Origin: Candidatus Dormiibacterota bacterium
GTDB lineage: Archaea; Thermoproteota; Bathyarchaeia; 40CM-2-53-6
Length of the DNA stretch: 64,000 nt
Assembly (NCBI GenBank): GCA_035637535.1
Contig: DASPWZ010000012.1
Span: 4,855 to 68,854, forward strand
Direction: 5' to 3'
A program made the position numbers and the translations under genes. Below the pieces are notes generated by a model. The model saw nothing but the letters and a program-made list of their open reading frames with translations, was not told the origin of the DNA and made no database searches. Positions 19,152 through 28,210 of this stretch are shown one piece after another (position 1 is the stretch's first letter; the number at the start of each line of letters is the position of its first letter).

Positions 19152-20672
19152 GTGAACAGTGAAGGACTGCCAGATGGTTCTATGACTCTCTTCGGCAATC
19201 CCCTTGTTCTCGACCTCCTAGCCATGTACAAACCGATCGCCGCGATGACCCATGCCTCATCCCTGTTGGGATGGGATTTGGAGATCAACATGCCCGAGGC
19301 CGGTGCCGCTGCGAGAGGTCAGGCTCAGGCTGAAATCGAACTGCTACGCCAGAAGATGACCCTCGGCCTGGCAGGTCTCATCGAGAAAGCTGAGAAGCAA
19401 AAGACTCTCAACGATGCAGAAAAGGGAGTAATCAGAGTCATCAAGAGAGAGCTGGATTTCTACCAGAAGATTCCAGCAGATCTGCTGGAACAGCTACAGA
19501 AGGCTACCGTCGAGGCGTCCGTCCCCTGGAGAGAAGCGCGGAAGAAGGCCGACTTCCGAATCTTCCAGCCTCACCTAGAAAAAATAACCGATCTGAAACG
19601 GAAGCAGGCAGAATATCTCAACCCTTCCACACATCCCTACAACGCACTGCTGGACCTCTTCGAGGAAGGACTGACAATAGACGATCTGGAAAAGATATTT
19701 TCCGTGCTCATCCCGCAACTCAAGAAGATCCTCGCCAAGACCCTCGCGCAAGGAAAATTTCCTGAGAAGCATCCCTTGGAAGAAGCCGACTATGATGTTG
19801 AAGCGTTGAAACAGGTAAACCAGAAACTCACGTCGATGCTTGACATGCCTGGGAAGAGATTCCGGCAGGATGTTTCCACGCATCCCTTCTCGATAAGAAT
19901 CGCTGGGGATGACGTGCGAATCACAACGAGGTATGAGCCTAAGAACTTCAAGGCCTCGATGTTCGGACTAATCCATGAATGCGGCCACGCACTCTACGAA
20001 CTCCAAGTAGACCATCAGCTGGACTTCACACCGACTGGGACAGGCGTCTCCTCGGGAGTACATGAGTCACAGTCCCGGTTCTGGGAGAACATTGTCGGAA
20101 GAAGCAGACAATTCACATCGATGGCCTACCCTCTCCTCAAAACCAAGCTCAGCTTCCTATCTCACTACAACGAGAACCAGGTCTACTCATACTTCAACAC
20201 GGTAAGACCGAGCCTGATACGGGTCGAGGCGGACGAGCTGACTTACAACTTCCACATCGCCATGAGATACGAACTGGAGAAGAAGATGTTGCAGGGCACA
20301 GTCCAAGTCTCAGAACTCCCCTCAGTATGGAATGATATGATCGAGGAGTATCTCGGCAAGAGACCCTCTGACGATGCACAAGGTGTCCTCCAAGACGTCC
20401 ACTGGAGCTGGGGACAATACGCCAACTTCCCAGGCTACTCTCTCGGCAACGTGATAGCAGGAATGCTCTGGAATACTCTGACAAGGAAACAATTGCTCCC
20501 GATCAAAGGAGACAAGAGCATCCCAGCACTCAAGGGATGGCTCGCAGAGAACGTCCACAAACCCGGAGCAACATACCCACCTAAAGAGCTACTCAATCGA
20601 GTCTTCGGCCACGGATACGACCCCGCGGGACTCGTAAGCTATCTCGAAAACAAGTATCTCGCAGCGAACTGA
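19152..20672 (+). CDS. Carboxypeptidase Taq/Pfu-type metallopeptidase (M32)
   Basis: HECGHALYE (HExxH), VHESQSRFWEN and DVHW motifs. Length is about 500 aa. Confidence 0.85.
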   Translation: MNSEGLPDGSMTLFGNPLVLDLLAMYKPIAAMTHASSLLGWDLEINMPEAGAAARGQAQAEIELLRQKMTLGLAGLIEKAEKQKTLNDAEKGVIRVIKRELDFYQKIPADLLEQLQKATVEASVPWREARKKADFRIFQPHLEKITDLKRKQAEYLNPSTHPYNALLDLFEEGLTIDDLEKIFSVLIPQLKKILAKTLAQGKFPEKHPLEEADYDVEALKQVNQKLTSMLDMPGKRFRQDVSTHPFSIRIAGDDVRITTRYEPKNFKASMFGLIHECGHALYELQVDHQLDFTPTGTGVSSGVHESQSRFWENIVGRSRQFTSMAYPLLKTKLSFLSHYNENQVYSYFNTVRPSLIRVEADELTYNFHIAMRYELEKKMLQGTVQVSELPSVWNDMIEEYLGKRPSDDAQGVLQDVHWSWGQYANFPGYSLGNVIAGMLWNTLTRKQLLPIKGDKSIPALKGWLAENVHKPGATYPPKELLNRVFGHGYDPAGLVSYLENKYLAAN

Positions 20673-20677
20673 ACCCA

Positions 20678-21397
20678 TCAACCTTTCCGCATAGAATCAT
20701 TCTGGAGGTTTATGCCAAACCATTTCCGCAACAGCCTATCGAACTCTCCCCGACCGTTGACGGGTCGCTCGACCCGCCTGCCCTTTCTCGTCACGATGAG
20801 CTTCGAATCTGTCAGAGTCACTCTTCCATCCCGCGTCAGCAGAGTACACACTCGGCCTTTCTTGAAATGCGAGTTCGGAGAAATCTGCTGAAAACGACAT
20901 CTACGGACAAAATCCCTAAGACTTCGCAGTCGAAGACTGAACTGGTATTGGGGCTCCCAGAGATTCTTCTCGCCATCCCATCTGGATAGCAACCTCCCTC
21001 CAGCCCTGCGAGTAATACGGTAGACCCTTCCATTGTCAGTTTGAGGACCCTGAAAGTCCAGGCGTTTTGGTTCTGTGAACGATTCTCCGAAACCAACATC
21101 GGCCAGCCAGCGATCCTTCATGGTGACCAGCAGAATCATATGATCAAACTCTGGAGTGAAACCGCCATTCTTTCGCGCAACTCGTGCAGAAAGCATGCGC
21201 ACCTTGAAACCCAAGCTCGTGAGTAGAGCCGCAAAGGACCCGTTGAGCTCGTAGCAGAAACCTCCACGTTTGTGAGCAATGATCTTCTCGTAGAAAGCGT
21301 CCTGACTGAGAATTATCGGGCACCCTAGGTGAATGTCAAGATTCTCAAACGGTATCGAAAGCAAGTGCTTCTTGTGAAGTCTACGTAGACTCTCCAA
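20678..21397 (-). CDS. Arylamine N-acetyltransferase (NAT) family protein
   Basis: IPFENLD, RGGFCYELNG (catalytic Cys), FDHMILLV (His) and DVGFG (Asp). The family-typical N-terminus is encoded upstream of the annotated TTG (see finding). Confidence 0.75.
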   Translation of the reverse strand: MESLRRLHKKHLLSIPFENLDIHLGCPIILSQDAFYEKIIAHKRGGFCYELNGSFAALLTSLGFKVRMLSARVARKNGGFTPEFDHMILLVTMKDRWLADVGFGESFTEPKRLDFQGPQTDNGRVYRITRRAGGRLLSRWDGEKNLWEPQYQFSLRLRSLRDFVRRCRFQQISPNSHFKKGRVCTLLTRDGRVTLTDSKLIVTRKGRRVERPVNGRGEFDRLLRKWFGINLQNDSMRKG

Positions 21398-21531
21398 GCT
21401 CGGCGGAGTTTGCCCACGATATCCGATTCGGTCTAGGTAGGCGCGAGTTGTGTCGCTGACGTGTCGGGTTTTCAGTGAAACCTACGATCCGGCCTCGATT
21501 GATTACTGCACAAGCATCAATTGCCTTTGGT

Positions 21532-22497
21532 CTAGGCTAGCTGGAGCATTCTCTCGATAGACAGCCTAGCTCTATCAGCGGTCTCCTTTGGAACTTTGAC
21601 CTCGTACACCATGTCCCTCAGTGACCGGTAGACTTTTTCTAGCGTTATGGTCTTCATGTACTGGCAGACAGCGTCCTCCTTCACTGGCAGGAATGTCTTG
21701 TCCGGATTCTCTTTCTTCATCCGATGAAGAATGCCCGTCTCAGTAGCGACGAGGAACTTGTTGGCTGATGACTGTCGGGCATGGCGGACCATTCCTTCCG
21801 TAGAGTAGACTTGCGTCATTGGAAGGTTGAAGTCGCCTTTTTCGGAGAAGTAGAGGAACTGTGTGACGCACCCGCACTCCGGATGGACCAGGAATTCGGC
21901 GTCCCGGTGCTCTTCGAGCTTCCGGTTAATGACATCCGGAGTGATGCCAGCATGAACGTGACACTCTCCCGGCCAGACCTCCATCTTCCGCTGGGTCTTC
22001 TCCATAACATAGGCTCCGAGAAACATGTCCGGCAAGAAGAGAATCTCTCGATCTCGCGGAATACTATTCACCACCTTGACAGCGTTTCCTGAAGTACAGG
22101 CGTAGTCGCTCTCGGCCTTCACCTCGGCTGTCGTGTTCACATATGAAACGACCACAGCGTTTGGATGCTCCTTCTTCCAAGCCCGCAACTTATCAGCGTC
22201 AATAGTTGCAGCCAAGGAACAGCCTGCTCCAAGGTCTGGGAGTAGGACCTTCTTCTGAGGAGAGATTATGGATGCGGTCTCTGCCATGAAATGGACCCCA
22301 CAAAACACGATCACATCGGCCTCGGTCCGGGCCGCAACTTGAGACAATCCGAGAGAATCGCCAACATAATCGGCGATATCCTGGACTTCCGGGACCTGAT
22401 AATTGTGCGATAGTATGACCGCGTTCCGCTCACGCTTGAGCCTCGTGACCTCCGCTACAAGATCCCCTGTACTGGTAGGCAGGAGTGTAGCTGGCAT
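21532..22497 (-). CDS. nadA: Quinolinate synthase
   Basis: ILSHNYQ, FCGVHFMAE, YVNT.AEVKA and HPECG motifs. ATG start. Confidence 0.9.
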   Translation of the reverse strand: MPATLLPTSTGDLVAEVTRLKRERNAVILSHNYQVPEVQDIADYVGDSLGLSQVAARTEADVIVFCGVHFMAETASIISPQKKVLLPDLGAGCSLAATIDADKLRAWKKEHPNAVVVSYVNTTAEVKAESDYACTSGNAVKVVNSIPRDREILFLPDMFLGAYVMEKTQRKMEVWPGECHVHAGITPDVINRKLEEHRDAEFLVHPECGCVTQFLYFSEKGDFNLPMTQVYSTEGMVRHARQSSANKFLVATETGILHRMKKENPDKTFLPVKEDAVCQYMKTITLEKVYRSLRDMVYEVKVPKETADRARLSIERMLQLA

Positions 22498-22692
22498 CAG
22501 TAGACTTCTAATTGACAGGAGGCTAATCCTCGGTTAAAATGTTGCTTCGAGGATATCCCTGGTGAGAGACCTCAATAGTGCTAAGTAACAACATTGTTTT
22601 CCTCGACCGTTACGATACTACTCTTGGGTTCCTGAGATTCCAGAATAGCTGATGCGTGGATTGAATTCCTCTACTGGATCCCGAGATGCGAC

Positions 22693-23088
22693 GTGCGCGC
22701 GTACGAAGCGGACGGCTGGGAGAGAGATGATCCATCCATGAAGATCAGCTGGCACGATGTGGCAGAAGACGTAGAGAAGCATGCTCACAAACTGGCCGAG
22801 GACATTTTCGCGCTAGAACCGGATGTAACAGAAGAGGTCGACCTTAAGGCATTATTCGAGCGCATTTTGGGGAAAGAGGACTGGACTGACAAGCTCGCCG
22901 CACAGCTTGGAAGGTTCAAGGGGCTCTTTCATCGACCTCAGAAAGAGACTGAGCTCCCTGAGGATCTCAAACAACTCATACCGAACATGGGAGATGTCGA
23001 GCGCGCCTACGTGGAGATAACAAGTGGGTACAAGGACTTCATCAAAGCAGTCTGGGCCGCACAGCACGAACGCCAGTGGCGCGAGTAG
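22693..23088 (+). CDS. Hypothetical acidic protein
   Basis: 131 aa, helical Glu/Asp-rich composition. No family recognised. Confidence 0.4.
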   Translation: MRAYEADGWERDDPSMKISWHDVAEDVEKHAHKLAEDIFALEPDVTEEVDLKALFERILGKEDWTDKLAAQLGRFKGLFHRPQKETELPEDLKQLIPNMGDVERAYVEITSGYKDFIKAVWAAQHERQWRE

Positions 23089-23096
23089 AACAGTCC

Positions 23097-23528
23097 CTAG
23101 TACATTGGTGATTGTAGTCGAGCTATCTGGGAAGATATGCGATCGATGTACTCTTTCAACCGTGACAGCATAGTCTTAGCAGTGATTACCCCGAGAACCT
23201 TGTGATCTGAGATAACGAGGACCCGTCGTATTCCCTTCTGAGTCATTATCTGAGCAACCTGGTCTATGCCCTCGTTTCCATCGACCGAAACGAGGTTGCT
23301 GGTCATTATGTCGCCGAGCTTCACTTCGCCAGGATCCTTCCCCTCTGCCGTGATCTTCGCCAGAAAATCCCATTCCGTAACAATGCCGTCCGGGACGCCA
23401 CCGCCTGAGGCGATTATTACGAAACCGTGGCTCTTCGCCTTCATCTGACGCGCGGCTTCAAGCGCGCTCGTGTTTCTCGAAAGGGAGAGGAAATCCTTCT
23501 CAACAATATCCTTGGCGACTAGGACCAT
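23097..23528 (-). CDS. CBS-domain pair protein
   Basis: Two CBS-like units (GFVIIASGG.PDGIVTEWD and IRRVLVISDHKVLGVITAKT). Confidence 0.8.
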   Translation of the reverse strand: MVLVAKDIVEKDFLSLSRNTSALEAARQMKAKSHGFVIIASGGGVPDGIVTEWDFLAKITAEGKDPGEVKLGDIMTSNLVSVDGNEGIDQVAQIMTQKGIRRVLVISDHKVLGVITAKTMLSRLKEYIDRISSQIARLQSPMY

Positions 23529-23605
23529 GATTCAGGATTACCAGCCGGATAAATAATGGTTGAGAAATGAGCCCCAGAAAACTCCCAGTATCTCCTCTAT
23601 CGTTT

Positions 23606-25054
23606 TCATGCTACTTGTTGACGGACTGCTAGCTTCTGTTCGACGACTATTCCAAGTCCTCGACCTCTGAGAGCGGAAGGAACTATTGCTATCAGACTCA
23701 TGATTGCCATAAGCCAGAAGATGATGTGCATTGGCCCGATGAAGAGATCCACGCTCGGAGTGGCTCCCGGTGGGAGCTGTAATCCCGCGAATATTGCCTG
23801 CAGAACGCTGTTCGATATACTAGTCGCCAAGACGGCGAATGAGATTGAGAGGCTTAGAAGAGCTCCCGTAGTCACCAGAGTTGCGGACATTCCTGAAGCA
23901 ACACCCCTCCTGGTCACGGGGGCGGAACTCATGATAGAACTGATGTTGGGCGCTACGAACATTCCCCCTCCAGCCCCTACAAGTACCATGAGGAGCGCAA
24001 GAACTGTGTAGGAGACGTTCGCTGGGATAAGCGCGAGCCCTATCAGGCCAGCAGTCGAGATTGAGAGACCGGTCGTTGTAAAGAATCGAGGTCCATACTT
24101 GTCGGAAAGGTAGCCGCTTAAGGGTCCGAGACTGACAAACGCCACCGCGAACGGTATCAAGGCAAGCCCAGCCTTGAAAGCGTCATAGATCAGCACTCCT
24201 TGGAAGTAGATTGTAAGGACTAGAGATACGCCGCTCCGGGCTATTGAAGCTAGGAAGTTGCTGAATATGCCTGCGGAGAAAGCTCGGATCTTAAACAGTG
24301 TCAAATCCATCAGCGGAGTGCGAGAGTGTAGTTCCACGTACACGAAGCCGCCGACCATCAACAAGCCTGCTCCCATCGATGCCACATCAACCAGTGTGTA
24401 ACCTGACAATGCTCCGAGAGTCAAGCCAACTAGGAACGCTGTTAATCCGCCCGCAAAGAGAACATTGCCCGGCAGATCAATTCTCTCATGATGAACCGTG
24501 CCTAGTTCCCGCAGTTTCTTGTAAGCCCAGAAAGTTGCGAAGGCACCTATTGGAAGATTGATCCAGAAGATAGACTGCCAGCCCAACGCCACAGTTAGAA
24601 TTCCGCCGAGTATGAGACCGATGACCGAGCCGCTAATACCCGCGACGAGGTTGACGCCAATAGCTCGTCCCCGCTCGTTCGGCGGAAAGGCGTCTGTCAG
24701 AATTGCAGCATTGTTGGCCCAGATGAGTGCTGCGCCTACTCCTTGGACGAGGCGGAAGAAGACCAGCATTCCACCGTTGATCGACAGACTGCATAGGCAC
24801 GAGCCTATGGTGAAGACCGCGAAGCCGAGATTGTAGAGCCTGACTTTACCGTACATGTCGGCCAACCGGCCAAAGGCCAAGAGCAGAACAGCAGTCATCA
24901 GAATGTAGCCCATCAGGACCCAGAGAGCTTCGAACGCAGAAGCGTTCAGGCTCCGAGTGATCGTTGGGAGAGCAATGAGGACAATGTTGCCGTCCAGCTG
25001 GGACATGAAAGCCCCAATCGTCGTGTTGGTCAGAACAGTGTACTTGTACTGCAA
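23606..25054 (-). CDS. MFS transporter, DHA2 (EmrB/QacA-like, 14-TM) type
   Basis: 482 aa with about 14 hydrophobic segments and the GRLADMYGKVR motif. Confidence 0.8.
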   Translation of the reverse strand: MQYKYTVLTNTTIGAFMSQLDGNIVLIALPTITRSLNASAFEALWVLMGYILMTAVLLLAFGRLADMYGKVRLYNLGFAVFTIGSCLCSLSINGGMLVFFRLVQGVGAALIWANNAAILTDAFPPNERGRAIGVNLVAGISGSVIGLILGGILTVALGWQSIFWINLPIGAFATFWAYKKLRELGTVHHERIDLPGNVLFAGGLTAFLVGLTLGALSGYTLVDVASMGAGLLMVGGFVYVELHSRTPLMDLTLFKIRAFSAGIFSNFLASIARSGVSLVLTIYFQGVLIYDAFKAGLALIPFAVAFVSLGPLSGYLSDKYGPRFFTTTGLSISTAGLIGLALIPANVSYTVLALLMVLVGAGGGMFVAPNISSIMSSAPVTRRGVASGMSATLVTTGALLSLSISFAVLATSISNSVLQAIFAGLQLPPGATPSVDLFIGPMHIIFWLMAIMSLIAIVPSALRGRGLGIVVEQKLAVRQQVA

Positions 25055-25144
25055 CCCAGAACCTCGGTTGGACTAGGCCGGTTCGAAGACTATTGCTTGT
25101 AGACCTTCTCTTCTACGCGACATACTGTTCTTGGTTGAAGAGAG

Positions 25145-25324
25145 CTAGGATGCTCTCTTGGCCCCGATGTAGTAGTGTTCTTTTGCGACCTCTTGGAAGA
25201 CCACGATCGTCTGATCCCTCGGAGCCTTAGCGATATTCTCGACGGCGTCAGTAATGGCGCGTGCTAGATCATCCTTCTGCTGTTGAGTCCGCCCACCAAA
25301 CATCAAGACTTTGACTATTGGCAT
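25145..25324 (-). CDS. 4-oxalocrotonate tautomerase family protein
   Basis: The internal ATG at 25322-25324 gives MPIVKV... (Pro-1 hallmark) and a length of about 59 aa. The longer ORF to 25438 has a non-protein-like extension. Confidence 0.7.
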   Translation of the reverse strand: MPIVKVLMFGGRTQQQKDDLARAITDAVENIAKAPRDQTIVVFQEVAKEHYYIGAKRAS

Positions 25325-25464
25325 AGTTTGACATCCGACCGGTCCGGAAATGTTGTTGAAGAAAGTTACCTTCACAACACGCGACGGGGGAGGTACAGAT
25401 CGTCGAAACTGTCCCGTTGACGATTGAACATGCGCCAAACGTGCAGATGAGAACTAGTCTTCTT

Positions 25465-25779
25465 TCAGTTCAGCTTCTGGACGACCCGAAATGTCGCAGC
25501 TACAGCAACTATCGCGCCGATGATGACGCCATCTAGATCGCTAAGGAATAGTGCCAGAGCCGTTGTCGCCCCTCCGGCAACTAAGTCTCGAAAGAGTCCT
25601 CTGTTTCGCGGAGACTTGTCGATGAGGTCAGCGGCCAGAACGAGGAGTAGAGCGAGAAAGTATGCTGGTTGCTGGGAGATTGCTGATGTCAGAAGGAAGA
25701 AAATCGGCCATGCTACCAACTGGCTGAGTGGGAGCAGGAACGATCGGATTTCAGTCAGCCGTATTGACAGGCCGCTCAT
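25465..25779 (-). CDS. Small hypothetical membrane protein
   Basis: 104 aa with three hydrophobic helices. Confidence 0.4.
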   Translation of the reverse strand: MSGLSIRLTEIRSFLLPLSQLVAWPIFFLLTSAISQQPAYFLALLLVLAADLIDKSPRNRGLFRDLVAGGATTALALFLSDLDGVIIGAIVAVAATFRVVQKLN

Positions 25780-25896
25780 ACGGTGTAATGGAAATAGTGG
25801 GATAGAAAAAGCGACCCAACTATTTCTACTACTTTTCGGTTTAATTTTTCTTACTGCGTCTCAGTCGAGACACGGTCCTGTCAAAACCACTCAGGA

Positions 25897-26664
25897 TTAT
25901 TTTTCAAAGTTCCACGCAGACTTGCTGTACTTAGTGTCATAGAGCTCCTTCGCGGTGGACAGCTCACTCTTCGTCAACGTTCCCTCTTCCAATCGTACAT
26001 GGTACGAGTTCTCGATTCCCTGAACTATCCCGTCCCTCACATCCCTCGTCGTTACCTCCTTCCCCAGCTCGTCACGAATAGTCGTGACTCTCTTCTGCAC
26101 ACTAGCAACATGCCTGTCAGCCAGCTTCACCTGAAGTACGTTCAAGACCCGTCCGAGGATCGCTAAGTCAGAAGCCACCAAGATACAGCCATGATGAAAG
26201 ACGGCCCCCCATCTGATACTCCCCGCGGCACCAGAGACCTTCTTTCCTTCAACCTGAATATCGTTGATGGGCTGGAACTCAGCGTTTACCCCTAGAAGCC
26301 GCAGTCCTTCGACGGCCCCTTGTGAGAGTTTCCTGAAGACCAGTTGAAGATCTGCGTCAGGGACCAACGGATGCCCCTTCTTCAATGAGATCGCGTAATT
26401 CAGGTTCCCAGCATCATGATAGACCGCCCCGCCCCCGGTAAACCGTCTAACCACCACGGTCCCAGTCTCCTTGCACGCATCAAAATTGACCTCGAGGGGT
26501 GCGGACTGGAAACATCCTAGAACTATCGTGTTTGAGTTATGCCAGAAACGAACAGTGTTAGGAGCCTTATCCTCGCCCACCGCGCGAGGAATCGCCTCCT
26601 CTACGCTCATGTTCATGAACGGATCGTCCCGGTATTCCAAGTCGACTAGTCGCCAAGTCTCCAT
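25897..26664 (-). CDS. lplA: Lipoate-protein ligase A, catalytic (N-terminal) subunit
   Basis: RRFTGGGAVYHDAGNLNY motif and the lysine region GKKVSGAAGS. Confidence 0.85.
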   Translation of the reverse strand: METWRLVDLEYRDDPFMNMSVEEAIPRAVGEDKAPNTVRFWHNSNTIVLGCFQSAPLEVNFDACKETGTVVVRRFTGGGAVYHDAGNLNYAISLKKGHPLVPDADLQLVFRKLSQGAVEGLRLLGVNAEFQPINDIQVEGKKVSGAAGSIRWGAVFHHGCILVASDLAILGRVLNVLQVKLADRHVASVQKRVTTIRDELGKEVTTRDVRDGIVQGIENSYHVRLEEGTLTKSELSTAKELYDTKYSKSAWNFEK

Positions 26665-26975
26665 CAGGCAACTGACTCCTCAGGTTTTGCGGCGAGTATT
26701 GCTTTGACAAAATCATCAGGAGCTACACCCAGCCCTCGTGCACTGGTTCCTCGGAAGAAACGATCCACCAGAAGCTTCAGCTCCTTCTCTCTCAAGGGGA
26801 CATCCTCCAACATCTTCTCAAGTTTCGCGAGACTGTCCTCCGGAATCAGGAAAAAGTCTCCGGAGATTTTTGCAGACTCGATTCGTCCCCCTGTTTCTCT
26901 CAATCGGACTCTTAGCAACTTTCCTCCCGGAGCCTTGTAATCTGCTGAAAGCAAGGTCCTCCCGCCGTTGGTCAT
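26664..26975 (-). CDS. Lipoate-protein ligase C-terminal-domain subunit (LplB-like)
   Basis: 103 aa. KAPGGKLLRVRL...GRIESAKISGDFF resembles the LplA C-terminal domain. The stop overlaps the lplA start, as in the split Thermoplasma-type ligase. Confidence 0.65.
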   Translation of the reverse strand: MTNGGRTLLSADYKAPGGKLLRVRLRETGGRIESAKISGDFFLIPEDSLAKLEKMLEDVPLREKELKLLVDRFFRGTSARGLGVAPDDFVKAILAAKPEESVA

Positions 26976-27020
26976 TGCACTATTCCCATCTCCATAGTCT
27001 CGAGCTTGGGGGTCATCAAA

Positions 27021-27587
27021 CTAGTTAGCTGTGAATCGTTTCATTTGCCCTTTAACGATCCTAAGACCAGTCTGAAGATTTTCCTTGCCAAAGAGGCCGG
27101 TGAGGACCTCGTTTCCGTTACCCGGTGCTCTTGGGAGACCCTCAATAATTTCACTCATTTGTGAGAATAGCTTGCGATAGTGTTCCAGCTTGTGTTTTTT
27201 CCTATCCGATAGTTGCCAGTAGAATCGAGTACAGACAGTCTCCGTATCGCCCCCGTCTCCGTCGTCGATGACCGCCTGCGCTTCAACGGTGAACTCCTTA
27301 TTCTTTTTTCGAAGCCCGAGATAGAGCGCGAAGGCCACATTAGACGGCGGAGAGAATGCGAGGTATCCGCTCTCGTGACGATTGACCTTCCACCGAGGAT
27401 TCGCCGGATGCCCCCCGCTACACGATGAAAATGTCCGATATCCCTTCCTGTTTAGCAATGCGACAATCTCTCTGATCGCCGGGTCTATTCGATGGATATT
27501 TCGTCCGTCCCGAAGGCTCTTCCAGTTCGACCGTTCCAGCTCCCCCAGCCTTTTCGAGTGGGCGCGAGGAAGAAAATCGTCACTCAT
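27021..27587 (-). CDS. Hypothetical protein
   Basis: 188 aa with protein-like composition. Co-directional and tightly spaced with neighbours. No family recognised. Confidence 0.45.
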   Translation of the reverse strand: MSDDFLPRAHSKRLGELERSNWKSLRDGRNIHRIDPAIREIVALLNRKGYRTFSSCSGGHPANPRWKVNRHESGYLAFSPPSNVAFALYLGLRKKNKEFTVEAQAVIDDGDGGDTETVCTRFYWQLSDRKKHKLEHYRKLFSQMSEIIEGLPRAPGNGNEVLTGLFGKENLQTGLRIVKGQMKRFTAN

Positions 27588-27598
27588 TTCTCTCGACT

Positions 27599-28183
27599 TT
27601 ACAACCGTATCCAGAGGAAGACTGACTCGTCGAAAACATAACTCTCGTTCCTACTAGTCGAGGTGAATCCTTTGAATTCGTGCCACCTATCAGACTTCTT
27701 GTCGTAGGCCGCCTCGATAAGTTCCAGCGGCTTATCCATCGTCTCGGGACGCAGCATCTGACCTAGAATCCCCGTAAGGTGCCCGATCTGGTCCAGGGCG
27801 GAGCTCAACTCTTTCTCCTCAAGAATTCCAGACTTGAATACCAGTTTATTCTTCTCTCCAACAAAACTCAAGGTAACCGCGGCGCCTGCTTTTCCCCTTC
27901 GATATCTGATCTGTCTGAGCAGCTCCTTGAGGTCACGCCAGTTCTCCTGCAGAACATCTGTAAAGATCGTCGTGACGTAGGGATAGTGGAACGTTATGTT
28001 GACTCGAGTGGCCAGATCCTCGTCCACGAGTTCTGTATAGGACGGATGTTCGAGCTGGAACCTCTTCCGCAGGATCCGATAGAGTGCCTCGTGTTCGAAG
28101 GGCGATAATTCGCCCTCGATCAAGACCTCCGCAAGAGGCTTCTCTGAGACAGTTACAGCCTCGCGAGCTGTCAAGCTAGGCAT
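27599..28183 (-). CDS. Hypothetical protein
   Basis: 194 aa, ATG start, 11-nt gap to the downstream ORF. No family recognised. Confidence 0.45.
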   Translation of the reverse strand: MPSLTAREAVTVSEKPLAEVLIEGELSPFEHEALYRILRKRFQLEHPSYTELVDEDLATRVNITFHYPYVTTIFTDVLQENWRDLKELLRQIRYRRGKAGAAVTLSFVGEKNKLVFKSGILEEKELSSALDQIGHLTGILGQMLRPETMDKPLELIEAAYDKKSDRWHEFKGFTSTSRNESYVFDESVFLWIRL

Positions 28184-28210
28184 TAATTGGTTGGAGTCTG
28201 AGATAAGCGC

